Below, piece after piece: positions 48,385 to 61,579 of a DNA stretch of 64,000 bases. The stretch's first letter is position 1, and the number at the start of each line of letters is the position of its first letter. Source of the DNA: Nitrospirales bacterium (GTDB taxonomy: Bacteria; Nitrospirota; Nitrospiria; Nitrospirales; UBA8639); the NCBI GenBank assembly GCA_965203295.1, contig CBDBCZ010000017.1, forward strand, positions 2,432,001 through 2,496,000, in the 5' to 3' direction. The translations under genes and the position numbers were made by a program. The notes under the pieces were generated by a model. It was not told the origin of the DNA and made no database searches. It worked only from the letters and a program-made list of their open reading frames with translations.

Positions 48385-51300
48385 TAATTAACACGTTGAA
48401 ATTAAGCATATAAAGATATTGAAATGTAGACGAGTGTCTATGTTGTCGAAAACGCTTACAATGACCAGAAACATTCCCGAAATTATACTAACAATAATTA
48501 TTAAGGTCACAAAATGCAGTGTATACAATTTGTCAGAAACGTTCACAACGAGCACAAACGTCCCCGAAATTCAAGCACATGCAGCGATTGAGCATAATAT
48601 TGATGTTATTGTAAATGCAGTACAAGTGTTACAGTATCTACTTTGTCACAAACGCTTACAAAGTAACAGACCTACCAGCTATCACATGTTAGTCATAGAA
48701 CAAAGATAGCCATTGTTGTAATTGTTACAAAATATTAGAGTCAGACTTGTACCCAGAGACACCATTGTTTGGAAAACTGTATAAATAGTCCGTTGCATTA
48801 TGTGCATGTGAGTGATGTGATGTGTATACGTGCTACACTGGATACTGGAGTTGAGTTCTATATTATACTGAAGTTGAGTTTTGCGAAGAACCCGGCCCGC
48901 GACAAGTGGGGGAGAAATATCGAGCTGTTGACAGCACAATTTGCCGAACTGCGGCATGGCGGAAGACGGCGTCAGACGCAGGAGAGTGCCCGTGCTCCAG
49001 AGAGGCATAACGCCGAGCCAGCCGGGAGAGCACAGAGACTGGCCCAGGAGACTACTGGAGTCCAGAGAAGCTCTCCGCCTCTCATCAAATGCCCTGAGGC
49101 TGTGTCTCGAGGTGAGCAATTAAGTATACAGTCATCTCTGCAATTTGCGCATATTTTGAATAGTATTTACCCAATGGCATCTGCCACCATTACCTGAATT
49201 CTCCCGAGAATCAAACACATACAAAGGCATTGGAGATGTAGTGCATGTGTTTGGTCATGATCAGAAACACTTAAACAGAGCAGAAACGCTCCCAAAATTC
49301 AAACACAATGATTTTGCATATGCATTATCACTAACTGACAGACAGATACAGCCGAGATACGCTCCCAAAATTCAAACAAAGATCAGCATAATTACAATAC
49401 AATTGAAAATGCAGTGGTTATACCTTGTATATCTTGTCAGAAGCGCTCACAATGAGCTGAAACGCTTCCAAAATTCAGGCACAATGGTATAATGTATAAT
49501 GGTATTGAAAATGCTGTATATGTATGAACACAAACGCTCGCAAAGAGCAGCAACTCACCCAAAAAATGATTATATCAAGGTATTGAAAATGCAGTGTATA
49601 TGTCTTGTCAGAAATTTTCAAAAGGAGCAGAAACGTGCCCGAATTTTAAACACAATGATTTGGCATATTAAAGTATTGAAAATGTAGGATATATCTCTTG
49701 TCAGAAACGTTACAAAGATCAGAGACTTTTCAAAAATTCAAACACAATGACATAATATATAAAGATATTGAAAATACGGTGTGTATATCTTGTCAGAAAC
49801 ACTTACAGAGAATATAAACGTGCTCAAAATTCGAAAAACGATGACTTAGCATAACCTGGCATAGAAAATGCAGTGTATATTCTCATCAGAAACGCTCACA
49901 ACGAGCTGAAACGCCCCTAAAATTCAAACACAATGTTTTAGTATAAACTAATGTATAAATATTCAGTTGAATAATTGAAAATGCACTTCATGTATCTTGT
50001 CAAAAATGTTCACAAAGTGCAGAAGCGCTCCTGAAATCATTTTGGCTCTAATGGTAATAGTGAAAATGTAGTGCAAGTATCTAGTCGAAAAAGATTACTA
50101 ATTTCTAAGAGCTAAACTGTTCCCAAAATTCAAACGCAATGATTTAGGATACAAAACTACTGAAAGTGCAGTGGATATATCTGGTCAGAAACGCTTACAA
50201 AGAGCAAAAACGCTCCCGAACTTCAAACACTATGATTTAGCATATAATGGCATTAAAACTGCAGTGTATATATCTTGTCAGAAACGATCTCGAAATTCCA
50301 ACATAGCGAAATTGCAATTAAAGGAATTGAAAATGCAGTGCATGTACCTTGAATGTTATAAATGATTACAAAGAGCAGAATGCTTTCGAAATTCAAAAAC
50401 AATCATTTAGCACATAAAGAAATTGAAAATGCTGTGTATATATCTTGCATAAACGGTCACGAAGACTACAAACTTTCTGAAGTTCAAGCTCAATGATTTC
50501 GCATATAAAAGACGGTGTATATATATATTGTCAGTAATGCTTACTAAGAGCAGAAATGCTTCCGAATTTTGAACACAATGAATTTGCATACAAAACTTTT
50601 GAAAATGCAGCATGCATGTGTCTTGTCATGAACGCTTACAAATAGCAGAAATGCTCCCAATTTTCAAATACAATGGTTTAGCGCGCCTATGTAATTATTG
50701 CAAATGCAGTCGTCAGAAACGCTCACGATGAGCAGAAACCTTCCCGAAATGTAAGTACAATGACATAGCATAAAAACGCATGCATTTGAAATGCAGTTTA
50801 TATGTCCTATCAGAAACGCTTACAAATAGTAGAAGCTTTCCGAAAGGTTCAAAATGAGCAGAAACGTGCCCGAATTCCAAACACATTAATTAGCCTATAA
50901 AAGTATTGAAAATGCAGTTTATGTATGTTGTCACAAACGCTAACATAGAGCAGGAATGCTCCCGAAATTCAAACTCAATAGTTAGCATATAATGGCATTG
51001 AAAATGCAGTGTTAATACCTTGTCAGAATCGCTTACGGAGAGCAGAAATGCTCCCGATATATAACCACAATCATTTAGCATATAATAATATAAGTGTATT
51101 GAAGATTCGGTGGACATTATAATCATGTCAGAAACGTTGAAAACGAGCAGCAACGTGACTGAATTTCAAACCATATAAGGGTATTTAAAATGTAGTGTAC
51201 ATAACTTGTCAGAAACGTTCATCACAAGTAGAAACGTCCCAAAAATTCAAACACAATGATTGAACATATAATGCTATTGCTAATGCAGTGTATATATGTT

Positions 51301-51895
51301 GTCACAAACGCTTACAAAGAGCAGCAACACTCAAACACAATGATATAGAGTAGGGCATTGCAAATGTATAGTGCATGTGTTTTGTCAGAAATGCTTACGA
51401 AGAGCAGAAACGTTCCCGAAATTTAAAACACAATGCTTCAGCATGATATAATTGTAGTGAAATGCTGTGTATAGTCTTGTTAGAAACGCTTGAAATGAGC
51501 AGAAACGTTCCCAAAGTATAAACGCAATGATTTAGCATACAAGGGTATTGAAAATAAAGTGTATATATCTCGCCAGAAACATGCACAATGAGCAGAAACA
51601 TTCCCGAAATTAAAATGCAAAGATTTAGGATAAAATGGTATAAAATGCAGTGTGTTTGTCCTGTAAAAAACGCTGACAAAGAGCGAAACTTTCCCCAAAG
51701 TCAAACACAGTAATTTTGCCTATAATGGTTTTTAAAATGCAGTGCATGTATCGTATCAGAAAGTTTTATAAGAGGTACAATCATTCCCGAAATTGAAACT
51801 CAAAAATTAGGATATGAAACAAGTATTGGAAGTATGCTGGTTATGTCTCTTATCAGAAGCTCTGAAAAGATGAGACGCTCCCAAATTCAAACGCG
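48385..51895. repeat. Diverged ~93-bp satellite, interrupted at ~48670-49230
   Basis: Consensus approximately TGTCAGAAACGCTTACAAAGAGCAGAAACGTTCCCGAAATTCAAACACAATGATTTAGCATATAA.GGTATTGAAAATGCAGTGTATATATCT. TCAGAAA recurs at 49608, 49701, 49793 and 49886. Confidence 0.92.
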
Positions 51896-53129
51896 TCTAC
51901 GTAAGTTCATCATACAACACAGAAAAATTTCTCTCCCTTCTCTTCATATGCGATGTTGTGTGTATGGGCATGTACATGTGTCTAACTTACTGTGTAAAAC
52001 ACATGTACATGATTGTCCATATACACTAACACAGAATGTATTAAAAAGGTGATTAATTCCTTCAAAAACTGTAAATATGTACAGTTGCTGTCAGATTGTA
52101 AACTATTTGTAGGTATATATCATTTCAATGTCAAGTGTATTATTTATAGCTATTTTCCCAGAATAGCAAAAGCTCATACACTAACCCCTGGGAAGATGCT
52201 GTCCATGTGTTGAGCCTTTCTTGGAATCAATACTTGAGAGTAAGTGTCGGTCTAGACAGGCTAGACTTCGGGTTCGCTATGCTGACTACAACGCTTGAAG
52301 CATGCAGACTGAATCTACCATGCGGATAACTGAACAGTTTCAGAGTCAAAACTTTACTTCAACAGTAGCAGTGATAGACAGCAAAAACTTGAGCGGACTG
52401 AAAGTGTGAGAGGGTACAAGTGTGAAAAAAAACAGAGGCCTTACTAGTGCACAGATCAAAATGAAGCCAATGACATAATGGCGGCGGGTGTCGCACAAAG
52501 AACTATTGAAGTAAAGACAGTGACATAAACATTACATACACTAAATAAATCTAGAGAGTCCTAACTGAGCAAAACACCATGTTCAAGGACAATGTTTGTC
52601 AGGTACATTAACTTGTAGGCCTTGTCTGCTATTGGATATGACCTTAACTGGGAATCTTGGTACATGTTTTGTAGTTTCTTGTGGAGGTACTACATCAGAA
52701 GAAGGGTTTCATTTTGAAGGCAGACAAAAAAGAACCATTCTATCAGGTGCTTGTGTAGACCTATGAAGACTTCCTCATGTTGTGAAATGCAGAGTTTCCT
52801 TGCAAGGTCTTGCAATGTTCTAACATAGCTTTCTTGCAGAATTTTGTAAGTTATCTAGCAGACTTCTTGCAGGACTCACAAGGATTTTGGCCGCTTCTTG
52901 CATGATCTTGCATTTTATTTCTTGCAAGCCCTTGTGTTAAAATTTGCGTGACTCATAGAAAAATCCTGCAAGATCTGGTGCAAGAACCTTGCAAGACATT
53001 CATCAGCTTCCTTATATATTGACTCCAGTTGCCCTGGATAACAATAGATAATTATGTATATAATACGTATTTCTGTCTTATATGATTTCTGTATTATAAG
53101 CTTGCTATTGTTTGGTGCGTTCTATGTGA

Positions 53130-53345
53130 CCATTATCCAGTGTTGTGAGCATTTTCTGATAGTTGTGAGCATTTTCTGGAGTTGTAAGCATTTTCTGATA
53201 TAGTTGTGAGCAATATCCAGTGTTGTGAGTACTTTCAGGGGTTATGAGCAATATCCAGTGTTGTGAGCAATTTCTGGAGTTGTGAGCAATATCCAGTGTT
53301 GTGAGCAATTTCTGGAGTTGTGAGCATTTTGTGGAGCTGTGACCA
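53130..53345. repeat. ~19-bp minisatellite
   Basis: Alternating GTTGTGAGCAATATCCAGT / GTTGTGAGCAATTTCTGGA. Confidence 0.9.
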
Positions 53346-54039
53346 TTGTCGTAATGGGCAGCAGAAAGATCTCAACATTGCATCCAGATTTGAAGGTGTT
53401 GCAGATGTGTGTATATGTTTATGTGGGTGTACATACATGTACGTGTATAGCCATTTGATTACCAGTTATATAAATAAAACCAGGGTGTATTAATAACAGC
53501 CAGAGCTCTGTATTGTGCATGATGTGAATACAGAAAAGGGGAAAGTTAATTTGTAACATGTTTTTGACATCCACTTTGCACTTTCAGTCTGAGGGAGACT
53601 TTGAGATGACCACTCTGCTTCGATCAAATATGAAGAATATCCTCAATCTCCTACTACTCCACTTGAGCACTCACAGGGAGAGAGTACTGACTGGGATAAA
53701 GATGCTTGCAGAGATGAACCAGTTGGCTGGAGAGGAGAAGCCACTGCAAATGGACAGTGAGAAGCAGATGGTGAGTTGGCATTGTCTTTACTGTGCCACC
53801 AGTGGAAGTGGCGTAGGTCAGAGTCTGAAGAAATATCTTTCATAGCAAATATTATTTGTGAGAGCTGCACGAAACTGTTCACAACGTTTCATCAAACCAC
53901 TCTCATTGCAAATATTCACTTGTGAACTTTCCTGAAACTTCACAAAGGATACATGTAGCTATATCCATGTACGTGAAGCTTCAGTCCAGAACAGTTTGCA
54001 TAATAGAGTTAATAACACCAGGTACATGTATACTGAGAC

Positions 54040-55090
54040 GCACTAGCACTGAATCCATAAATTCCCGGAAGTGAGCAGAGGCTTCGATCGCTAGTACAGA
54101 CCGTTCACATTTTGATTGAAAGTTTGGTGTTCCGCCTTGCTTGGTTCTGGAGCTATAACCTTCCAAGGTTTAAATTCTGACATAGCTATGATTAGACAAA
54201 TGTATGTATTGTCGGACTCCGTTCCATGTTTCTTCCCTAAAGTAACTTCGCGTGACCTTATTTGGAAGCCCCACTACCATACTGCTGCATGCCAACTTTT
54301 CGCCATGGTATCTGCTTTGAGCAGGGAGGGGTGCTGCTGAATGTAGAGCCGTATCACCCTCTCTGTAGTCGGACAGAGAATTTCGTCTTTATTTGGTGTA
54401 GAGACCCAAAAACACTCTCTAACACTAAGGATTTGGATATTGTTGTTAAGTACAGGTGCTTAGCATCACAACAGTGCAAGCCCGATGTTTATACATTGCA
54501 TGGTTCTCGAGATAGAGAGAGATAGAGTCATTTATTTTAAAACTTATGATGCTGAATTAAGGCTTTTAGTGGATGAAATTTTAGGAATTAAGGCTTTTAG
54601 TGGATGAAATCAGATAAAACAGTTCTATCTCAGGAAGGACACAACGTATAAACAATAGACTTGAACTTTTGTGTTGCTAAGTGTCTGTACATTCCCATCC
54701 TAACATTAGAGAGTGTTGTGGGGTCTCTACACCGAAAAAGGAACAAATTCACTGTCCGATAGTGGAGAGAGTGACACGTACGTCTCTACATTCAGCAGCA
54801 CCCCTCAGTGCTCAAAGCAGCTACGATGGCGAAAGGTTGGCATGCAGCAGCATAGTAGTGGGGCTTCCCAATATATAAAGAAAGGTCACTGGAAGTTACT
54901 TCAGGGAGGAAACATGGAACGAAGTCCAATAATACATACATTTGTCTGATCATAGCTTTGTCAGAATTCAAACTTCGGAAGGCAAACAACGAAGGAACAC
55001 CAAAATTTCAACTTGAAGTGCGAAGGTTCTGTACTGTCAAGTGAATGCTCAGCCCACTTCCGATAGTTTACATGCTCAGCGCTAGCGTGT
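54040..55090. mobile_element. ~1-kb imperfect fold-back element in an ATR-fragment intron
   Basis: Arms ~54040-54500 and ~54630-55090 are inverse (e.g. GCTTTGAGCAGGGAGGGGTGCTGCTGAATGTAGA / TCTACATTCAGCAGCACCCCTCAGTGCTCAAAGC). Confidence 0.8.
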
Positions 55091-55989
55091 CTGATCATCA
55101 GTAACTTACTCTACGTGTACATGAACTTCAGAGATGTGTACACATACATATAATCTCGAAGGATGGTATACATTGCACTCAATTGCATGTGTCTAACATG
55201 AGCTTCATGAAGGCTCATGAGTGCTTATAGCTTTATGGGTGGATTGTATATAAAGTTCAGAATGCCAACTTCACACGAAGCTTCACAACAGGTCTCAATT
55301 ATCTCACAGGGATATTGTTTTAGCAATGCACTGAGTGGCTGTCTTGTGTGGTTAGTCGCTGCTAGTTCAAGGAAGTTTCAATTTCTGGGAGCTCTTTTTC
55401 GGAAGTATTTTCAACTTCTCAATAATATTCAGACTTACAATACGAAGGATTGAGATCCCTGTATCACAACTATTCGCAAGGTTTCCTACATAAATGTACA
55501 TGTATTTCTGTACATTTCTTTCTACATCTAGTATCGTGTGCCTAGACCAGAACTAATTAATACTGTCCTCTCTCTTTATTGTTTCAAGTTGTAGTGCTTT
55601 TTACCAGCTGGGTGCATTCAAAGCGTATGATGCCTTCAAGTTTTCTGCATTTTTTTGTCTGTCTGTCTGTTTGGTGTCTGTATTTCCGCACTTAACACAC
55701 ATTCTATGCAACTGTGCATGTACGTAGTCTACCAGTAGTTTTGAAAGGTTTGTAGTCCAAACTACAGCAAGTTTAGTCCTAGACAGCCATGCTAATCCTG
55801 TTTTAGTAGGTTACAGCTGTTAACTGCAAGTGTACAACAAATCTCAGCCTTAGCCTGTTATATGTACATGTACATTTAGTCTGCAGTTGCATTAGTTTGC
55901 CCTGTCCTGTTTGTAAAGCTGTTGATCCTTGGGTGTTTCACTCAACTTCTCAGCTGAAATAACACTCAAAACCAGCTGAGAAAGTAGCT

Positions 55990-56038
55990 TCTCAAGGGTA
56001 GGTAGCAGATCTGGCAGACTTGCTACCTACCCTTGAGA
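55990..56038. repeat. Short hairpin (mini-MITE-like)
   Basis: TCTCAAGGGTAGGTAGCA...TGCTACCTACCCTTGAGA. Confidence 0.7.
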
Positions 56039-57152
56039 TGCTAAAGTCGAGTTCAAGTGCAGTGAGTTCTCTGTATAGTTCTGTGTGGCTAAGAATTACT
56101 CATTTCTACTACTTTTAAATGGAAACACTATAGTCTCTTTTGTTACCACTGAACATGACTGCTGTATAGTGATCGAAACGTTTGGTGTTTCTTTGAGAGA
56201 GGCCAGTGTTTCCATCTAGTAGTGTAGTAAGTTGCTTGTGTATATTTAATTCTTTGCCTTTTTTTGCAGGCTGAGTATTTGCACTGAGTATTTGCAGCCC
56301 CATCTTCATGGTTTGGTTGCATTCCTGAATTAACTGATTCGACTGGAGTATTTTGAGAACAGTATAGGCTAAGCAGAGGAAAACTGGTTAGTAACTTGTT
56401 GTTTTTCTCGGTTTCTAGGAGTAACTGGAAAAAATTGTTATTGGTGACATGTCAAGCAGTGACTGTAGATAGAACATGTATGTATGTAAGCAAACCTTGT
56501 GACAGCACACAAAATTTAACTTATGAAGCAATAACATGGTACCTTGTTTTATCTGACAAAAGAGTTATAGTCTCCATTGGCCACTCTGCCTCACCGGTAC
56601 TCTGTGATGAAGTGCGCTCATTTGAGGCCATCATAACAATAGATTGTCAGAGCATTCCAACAGTTGAAACACTGAGAATTTAGTACTCATATGATGACAC
56701 CACAGTCTTCTTGCTCAATTGCATGCGCGTGATGTCACATCCGGGACGGACGGACAAACCAAGTATTGATGTATCAAATAACTGTGGTACCACATGCAAC
56801 TCTATACATATTGTTTGGGCTGTACTTATTTAATGCAGGCTATTGGCAGCTTAATTGAGCTGATGAAGCTAATGGGACCATGTTATATTGCACAAGTGAA
56901 AATGAAAGTGCTGGCTATCCTATAAGGTACAGTTGTATGGATAGTATTTTGATGATTAGTTATAAGAGAGTAGTCAATATGGATATGTACGACATGTATT
57001 TTGCTGCATGTCTGCTTGCTATAGGCACTGTCTACAACTAGGAGATGAAGAAATAACTGAATTGACCCTTTCAGCTTGGAACTGTTTCATCCATAGGTAA
57101 GCTGTCAGTGAGAGTACATTTTAGAAACACTCAGAACATAGTCTAGCTCATT

Positions 57153-57193
<41 letters not shown>

Positions 57194-60100
57194 AGATGAA
57201 AACACAAAGTAGATAGCTCAATTAATTTCCTTTTTTGTCTTTCATTTGCCCATTGTAGCAACGTACGATTCATTCTCAGCTACATAAGTCAATCTTGTGC
57301 AAAGTATTAGCAAGGTTTCATACATGGGAAAATTATGATGCATTAAGACAAGGTGGAATGGGACCTGATCAATTATACTTGCAACACCTTTGTACATACT
57401 TGTAGTTTTAGTTTGTACTGACACGTCATAATGGTTTGAACGCAAACTTGGGGGTAGTCAGCTAAGCTGCTGAAACCCACCAGATTCAATCTCTGGCCAG
57501 TTGTTTTGTAATAATTTGCTGTGGGGCATGCTCCCAAATTCCCCTAGAAGGATGTGAACTATTCCAAAAGGATTCCCCATGGTACGATGACACATTACTG
57601 TATCACACATTAAATATGTGATCTTCATACATAACGTCAAGATTTTAAGAGTATGGTGTTCTTTGTTTCCCTCTAGTGTGGAGCTGGAATCCTTGGGCCC
57701 CTTGCTGGGTCAGATAGTGGTTACACTCTCTCCTTTTGCTGATCACCACTCAGCAACTGTATCAAAAATCTTTGACTTTCTTATCATTCAGAACAAGTGA
57801 GTACTTGATTTGTGTATTTGTGAAGAACTCCACCAAAATACCAGTAGATACAATGTCATGTATGTGTTTCAGTATTTGTTGTTTCAATTTTTTTTCAGAG
57901 AGGTTCTTGGGTCTTTCTTTGATGAGATCTACTTCATGCCAGACGTGCCGTCTCTTGCTTGCATCAACACTGAGCTTAGGAAACACTCGTATACACCAAA
58001 AAGGTATCTTGTTCCAGGACAGAAGTGTTCATGTGAATGGGATGTCATAGGTAGAAGCAGGAAATGAGGTCACGGGTTGTTATTCACACTAGTGTGTTCA
58101 ATTGAGAATTTCTCAGTGCATACATACGTGTGTACATATGTGTGCGTACATATGTGCATGCATGTTTTCGGCCCACATGCTACATATTGTTTGAATCCAT
58201 GATTCAATACAACATTTCAGTTCACATATGACATATCCATGATCCAATTCAACTCTTGAAACTTTTACGAGACTACGCAATGGTTTGCATTCACCTGGTT
58301 TGTACAACTGGTAATTATACATGAATTCTAATTGGAGGTTGATACTGGGAAGCTAGAAGGAACAGTATAATGGAGCTTAGTAAGCTGATGTTGTTTATAT
58401 ACCACTACCATTACTTGCACTAGAACCCATCATATTGTAGGAGCATGTACTGAATGAGTTGGCTGGACTTGAGTCGTGCATTAACCCATATACGTAGTTG
58501 CTACTATTTTCCTTTTCCAGCCTTCACCAGCAACTACAACATGTCCTAAGAGGGGCATGCCATGGGCGTTCTGATGTGAGAATGGATGCATTGAAAGCAC
58601 TACACAGACTGTTGAGATCCAATCGAGTTTAGTTATTTGTATTATGATCAATATATGAACTGTACATACAGTGCATGTTCATGTAAGCTTTAAAACAATT
58701 CTTGTTCTGTTTATGCAGGTGGAGTTGGAGAAGTGCATGGTAGGAAGTGACACTGTTGATCCAGTCATTACAGAGATTGTAACAACAGTAAGTTGATTTC
58801 GCTTCATGAAGGAATGAAATTATGTCTATCTGACGTATTCCATACTCAATATTTTGTTCTCAAAATTGCTGCTTTGTCCTCAGCTTCTAAAAGGTCCGCG
58901 AGGCACTAGTTTTGAGCTTCGAGAAGAGTTTGGGAGGTGTCTAGGAGAACTTGGAGCTGTTGATCTCGGAAAGTATGTGCTGGTATACCACACTTTTGTC
59001 ATACAATTCTGTATTCTAGGTCAGTGTTGTACTAACTTGCAGCTGCCCAAGGAGTAGCATTCATACCCAATACTGTCCTACCCTTGAACCCACCGGAGAC
59101 GTAATTTTACTGACCAAATTTAGATTAGTGTTATGTCACATTTATGGGGGCGGGTATGTTTTCGGATTATGTACTTGCGAGCATCCTGTTAACTGCCTTA
59201 TGATGCCCCTTACTTGCTTGTGCTTGTGTATAATAATATGCCTGCTGTACATCCCCAGGCTGGATATTCCCATGGTGCCAACTTCGAAGACTGTGAAGTA
59301 CTTTGAGGTATACACGTATACTTGCTTACTAGTGATTTCTATTAGCCTTGTACTCATCTAATAAATTCAGGCAGAGGCTGAGTACAATGCATTCTTGTTT
59401 TAGTTTGTTCATATAATGAAGGATATACTTTGTTGACATTACATGTATATAAGTATGTGTGATTGTAGCACAACTAACTTACATGTACGTTTGTACGTAG
59501 CTTACAGGCTCTGGTATAATATTGTTGGTGTAATTTGTATCTGCACTTCGTTCAAACAGTATTTAGTACTAGTGCTGTTGTTACGGGAGGTATGCTACAA
59601 AACACTGCCAGTGTTTTTGCTGCTGTTTCCATTACAGTTATGCAATGGGATACAGCCTTACTTTGATTATGTACATACCTGTAAGTGTAATGGATAAAAT
59701 GGCTGTTGTCAAGACATGTAGGTGGGTAGCCTTGTATTCAATCGCATTGAAATTGGGAAATGTGTGTCTGGGTTCCACGTGGATTTCAGTGGGCATGTAT
59801 CAAGTGACATCTAAATAGTGGGTGTGTACAACAACGTAGTTCACACAGATTATTTACTAATAGCTATACTGTGACATTGAGGCGTCCTGTTTAACTTACT
59901 TGTGCCTATAGTCTGTTAGTCATGGGCACAATACATGCTATTTAACTACATAGCAGAAGCTATATTGTTGGGGTGAGCCAGTACGATAATAGTGAATAAC
60001 AAGAGGTATTCTTGGTTTTTACTGGTCGTTCTAATTGGTGAATTTTTTTCCCGCTGATGAGTGTTATTGTAGTCTCTGACAAATGAATCAGGTTAGCTCA

Positions 60101-60454
60101 TGACTACTGACTACATGCAAATTCAGCCACGTTGCAGTGAGCTCACTAACTTGGCAGGCCATATAATTTACAGGACCAAACCATTTGCAATGGCCCACGA
60201 AACTATTCAGTCATGCGAGTAAGCTTGCTATCGTTGATAGACAGCAATATGTGCATGCGTGCTCAATGTTTGATAGCAGACAATTAGTAGCCAGGGGTGC
60301 ATGGGTGGAATGGACATCACACAATTGCACCCCTGGCATAAAACCATTACGCATTGTTTTTGAGAGAAACGTAATATACATGTACAATGTCAGCATTCTA
60401 AGACTCATTTAGGCATTTGCTCTTCCTGTCATCAAATTACTTTCCCCTACCCAG

Positions 60455-61579
60455 GTGAAAAGTGGAACAGTAATTGTCAGTTTACGCAAGAATAAGAAAG
60501 ACAGGTGGCAGTTCCTTACCCACTGAGAAAAAAAACTAAAGGATGCCAAAGAATATGTTGTGGTACATTATTACAGTGTGTGGGGGATTTATAGTGTGTG
60601 TGGGAATTAGAGCTGGCTCTACCTACAACTTTGACCTTTGGGAAGTTAGTTGCCCTTGAAAGTGTCCCTTGGCAGTTTCTGGGACACAACCTCCTACAGC
60701 CAATAATGTACGTAAGTTAGAGCCCTCATTTCCAGGCTCTAGCTATTCAAGTGGGCTGTGTACCTGTTGATACTAATGTGGTTTAACAACAACATAGAGA
60801 AGCAGATTTAGATCTGTTCTGGAGTATAAGTACCCAAGTACCAAGCTACAATCCACCTCCTGAACCGTAGCACCCAAGCAAATAAAAGTACCCAATGAAT
60901 ATAAGTACCCATCAGACAACTAAATGCAAACTTACCAGTGCAGCAATGTCTTCAGTGCCATAGATATACTGCAAACCAGTGATGACGGCACTAGGGTCAT
61001 CAAAATCTCCGGTATAAGCGTACAGTACTTGGATGTGTGGGGATGTTATTACATTTTGACACATGATGCCAAATGACCCCTGTTGTGTGTGTGTGTGCAA
61101 ACAGAGTCTTCTGTGCATTTTCTCAGTGCAGATTGTGTGGTGTACTTATAATCACAGGATACTTTTCAACAATGAAAAAATACAGTATTACATGGGTGGT
61201 CTCTCTTCGCACAGTGAAGTGCATACTCACAAGGCAGTTCTATGTCCCCACGGATGGCCCGCTCCAAATAGAAGTACTTATGCTCCAAAGTTTACATTAT
61301 TAGCATCTCTTTGATAAACTTTTTTACCTCTTGTATGTTAGACTTCATATTTTAGCTTTTGCTCTAGAACACATAAACTGATTATTCAGTCAGCTGGTAT
61401 TTTGTCATTGCTGTAAAAAAAACCCTCCAAGGGAATCAACGAAGAAGACCTTGGAGCAGGCCTGATGAACATGATGAAGCAGGTATCAAGATGGTGATGT
61501 TGAAATGAAGAGAACCATCGCTAAGTCGTGGTATGAGTCCAAGCAGAATAGGATAGCAAAAGGCGAAGGTGAATTTTAA
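60455..61579 (+). pseudogene. CACYBP: Calcyclin-binding protein (CacyBP/SIP) C-terminal fragment, CS end plus SGS domain
   Basis: VKSGTVIVSLRKNKKDRWQFLTH*EKKLKDAKE (from 60455) and KPSKGINEEDLGAGLMNMMKQ/YQDGDVEMKRTIAKSWYESKQNRIAKGEGEF* (~61415-61579). Contains a stop and a frameshift. Confidence 0.82.
60936..61110 (-). pseudogene. Tectonic-like exon, copy A
   Basis: CQNVITSPHIQVLYAYTGDFDDPSAVITGLQYIYG resembles tectonic 'SLEIQVLWAYVG...NPQA.V.GV.F.Y'. GT donor present; CA-repeat slippage shifts the frame. Confidence 0.55.

Noticed and set aside
48682..49197. Overlapping 142-145-aa ORFs in the satellite insert
   Set aside because: No recognisable domain; probably chance ORFs in GC-rich repeat DNA.
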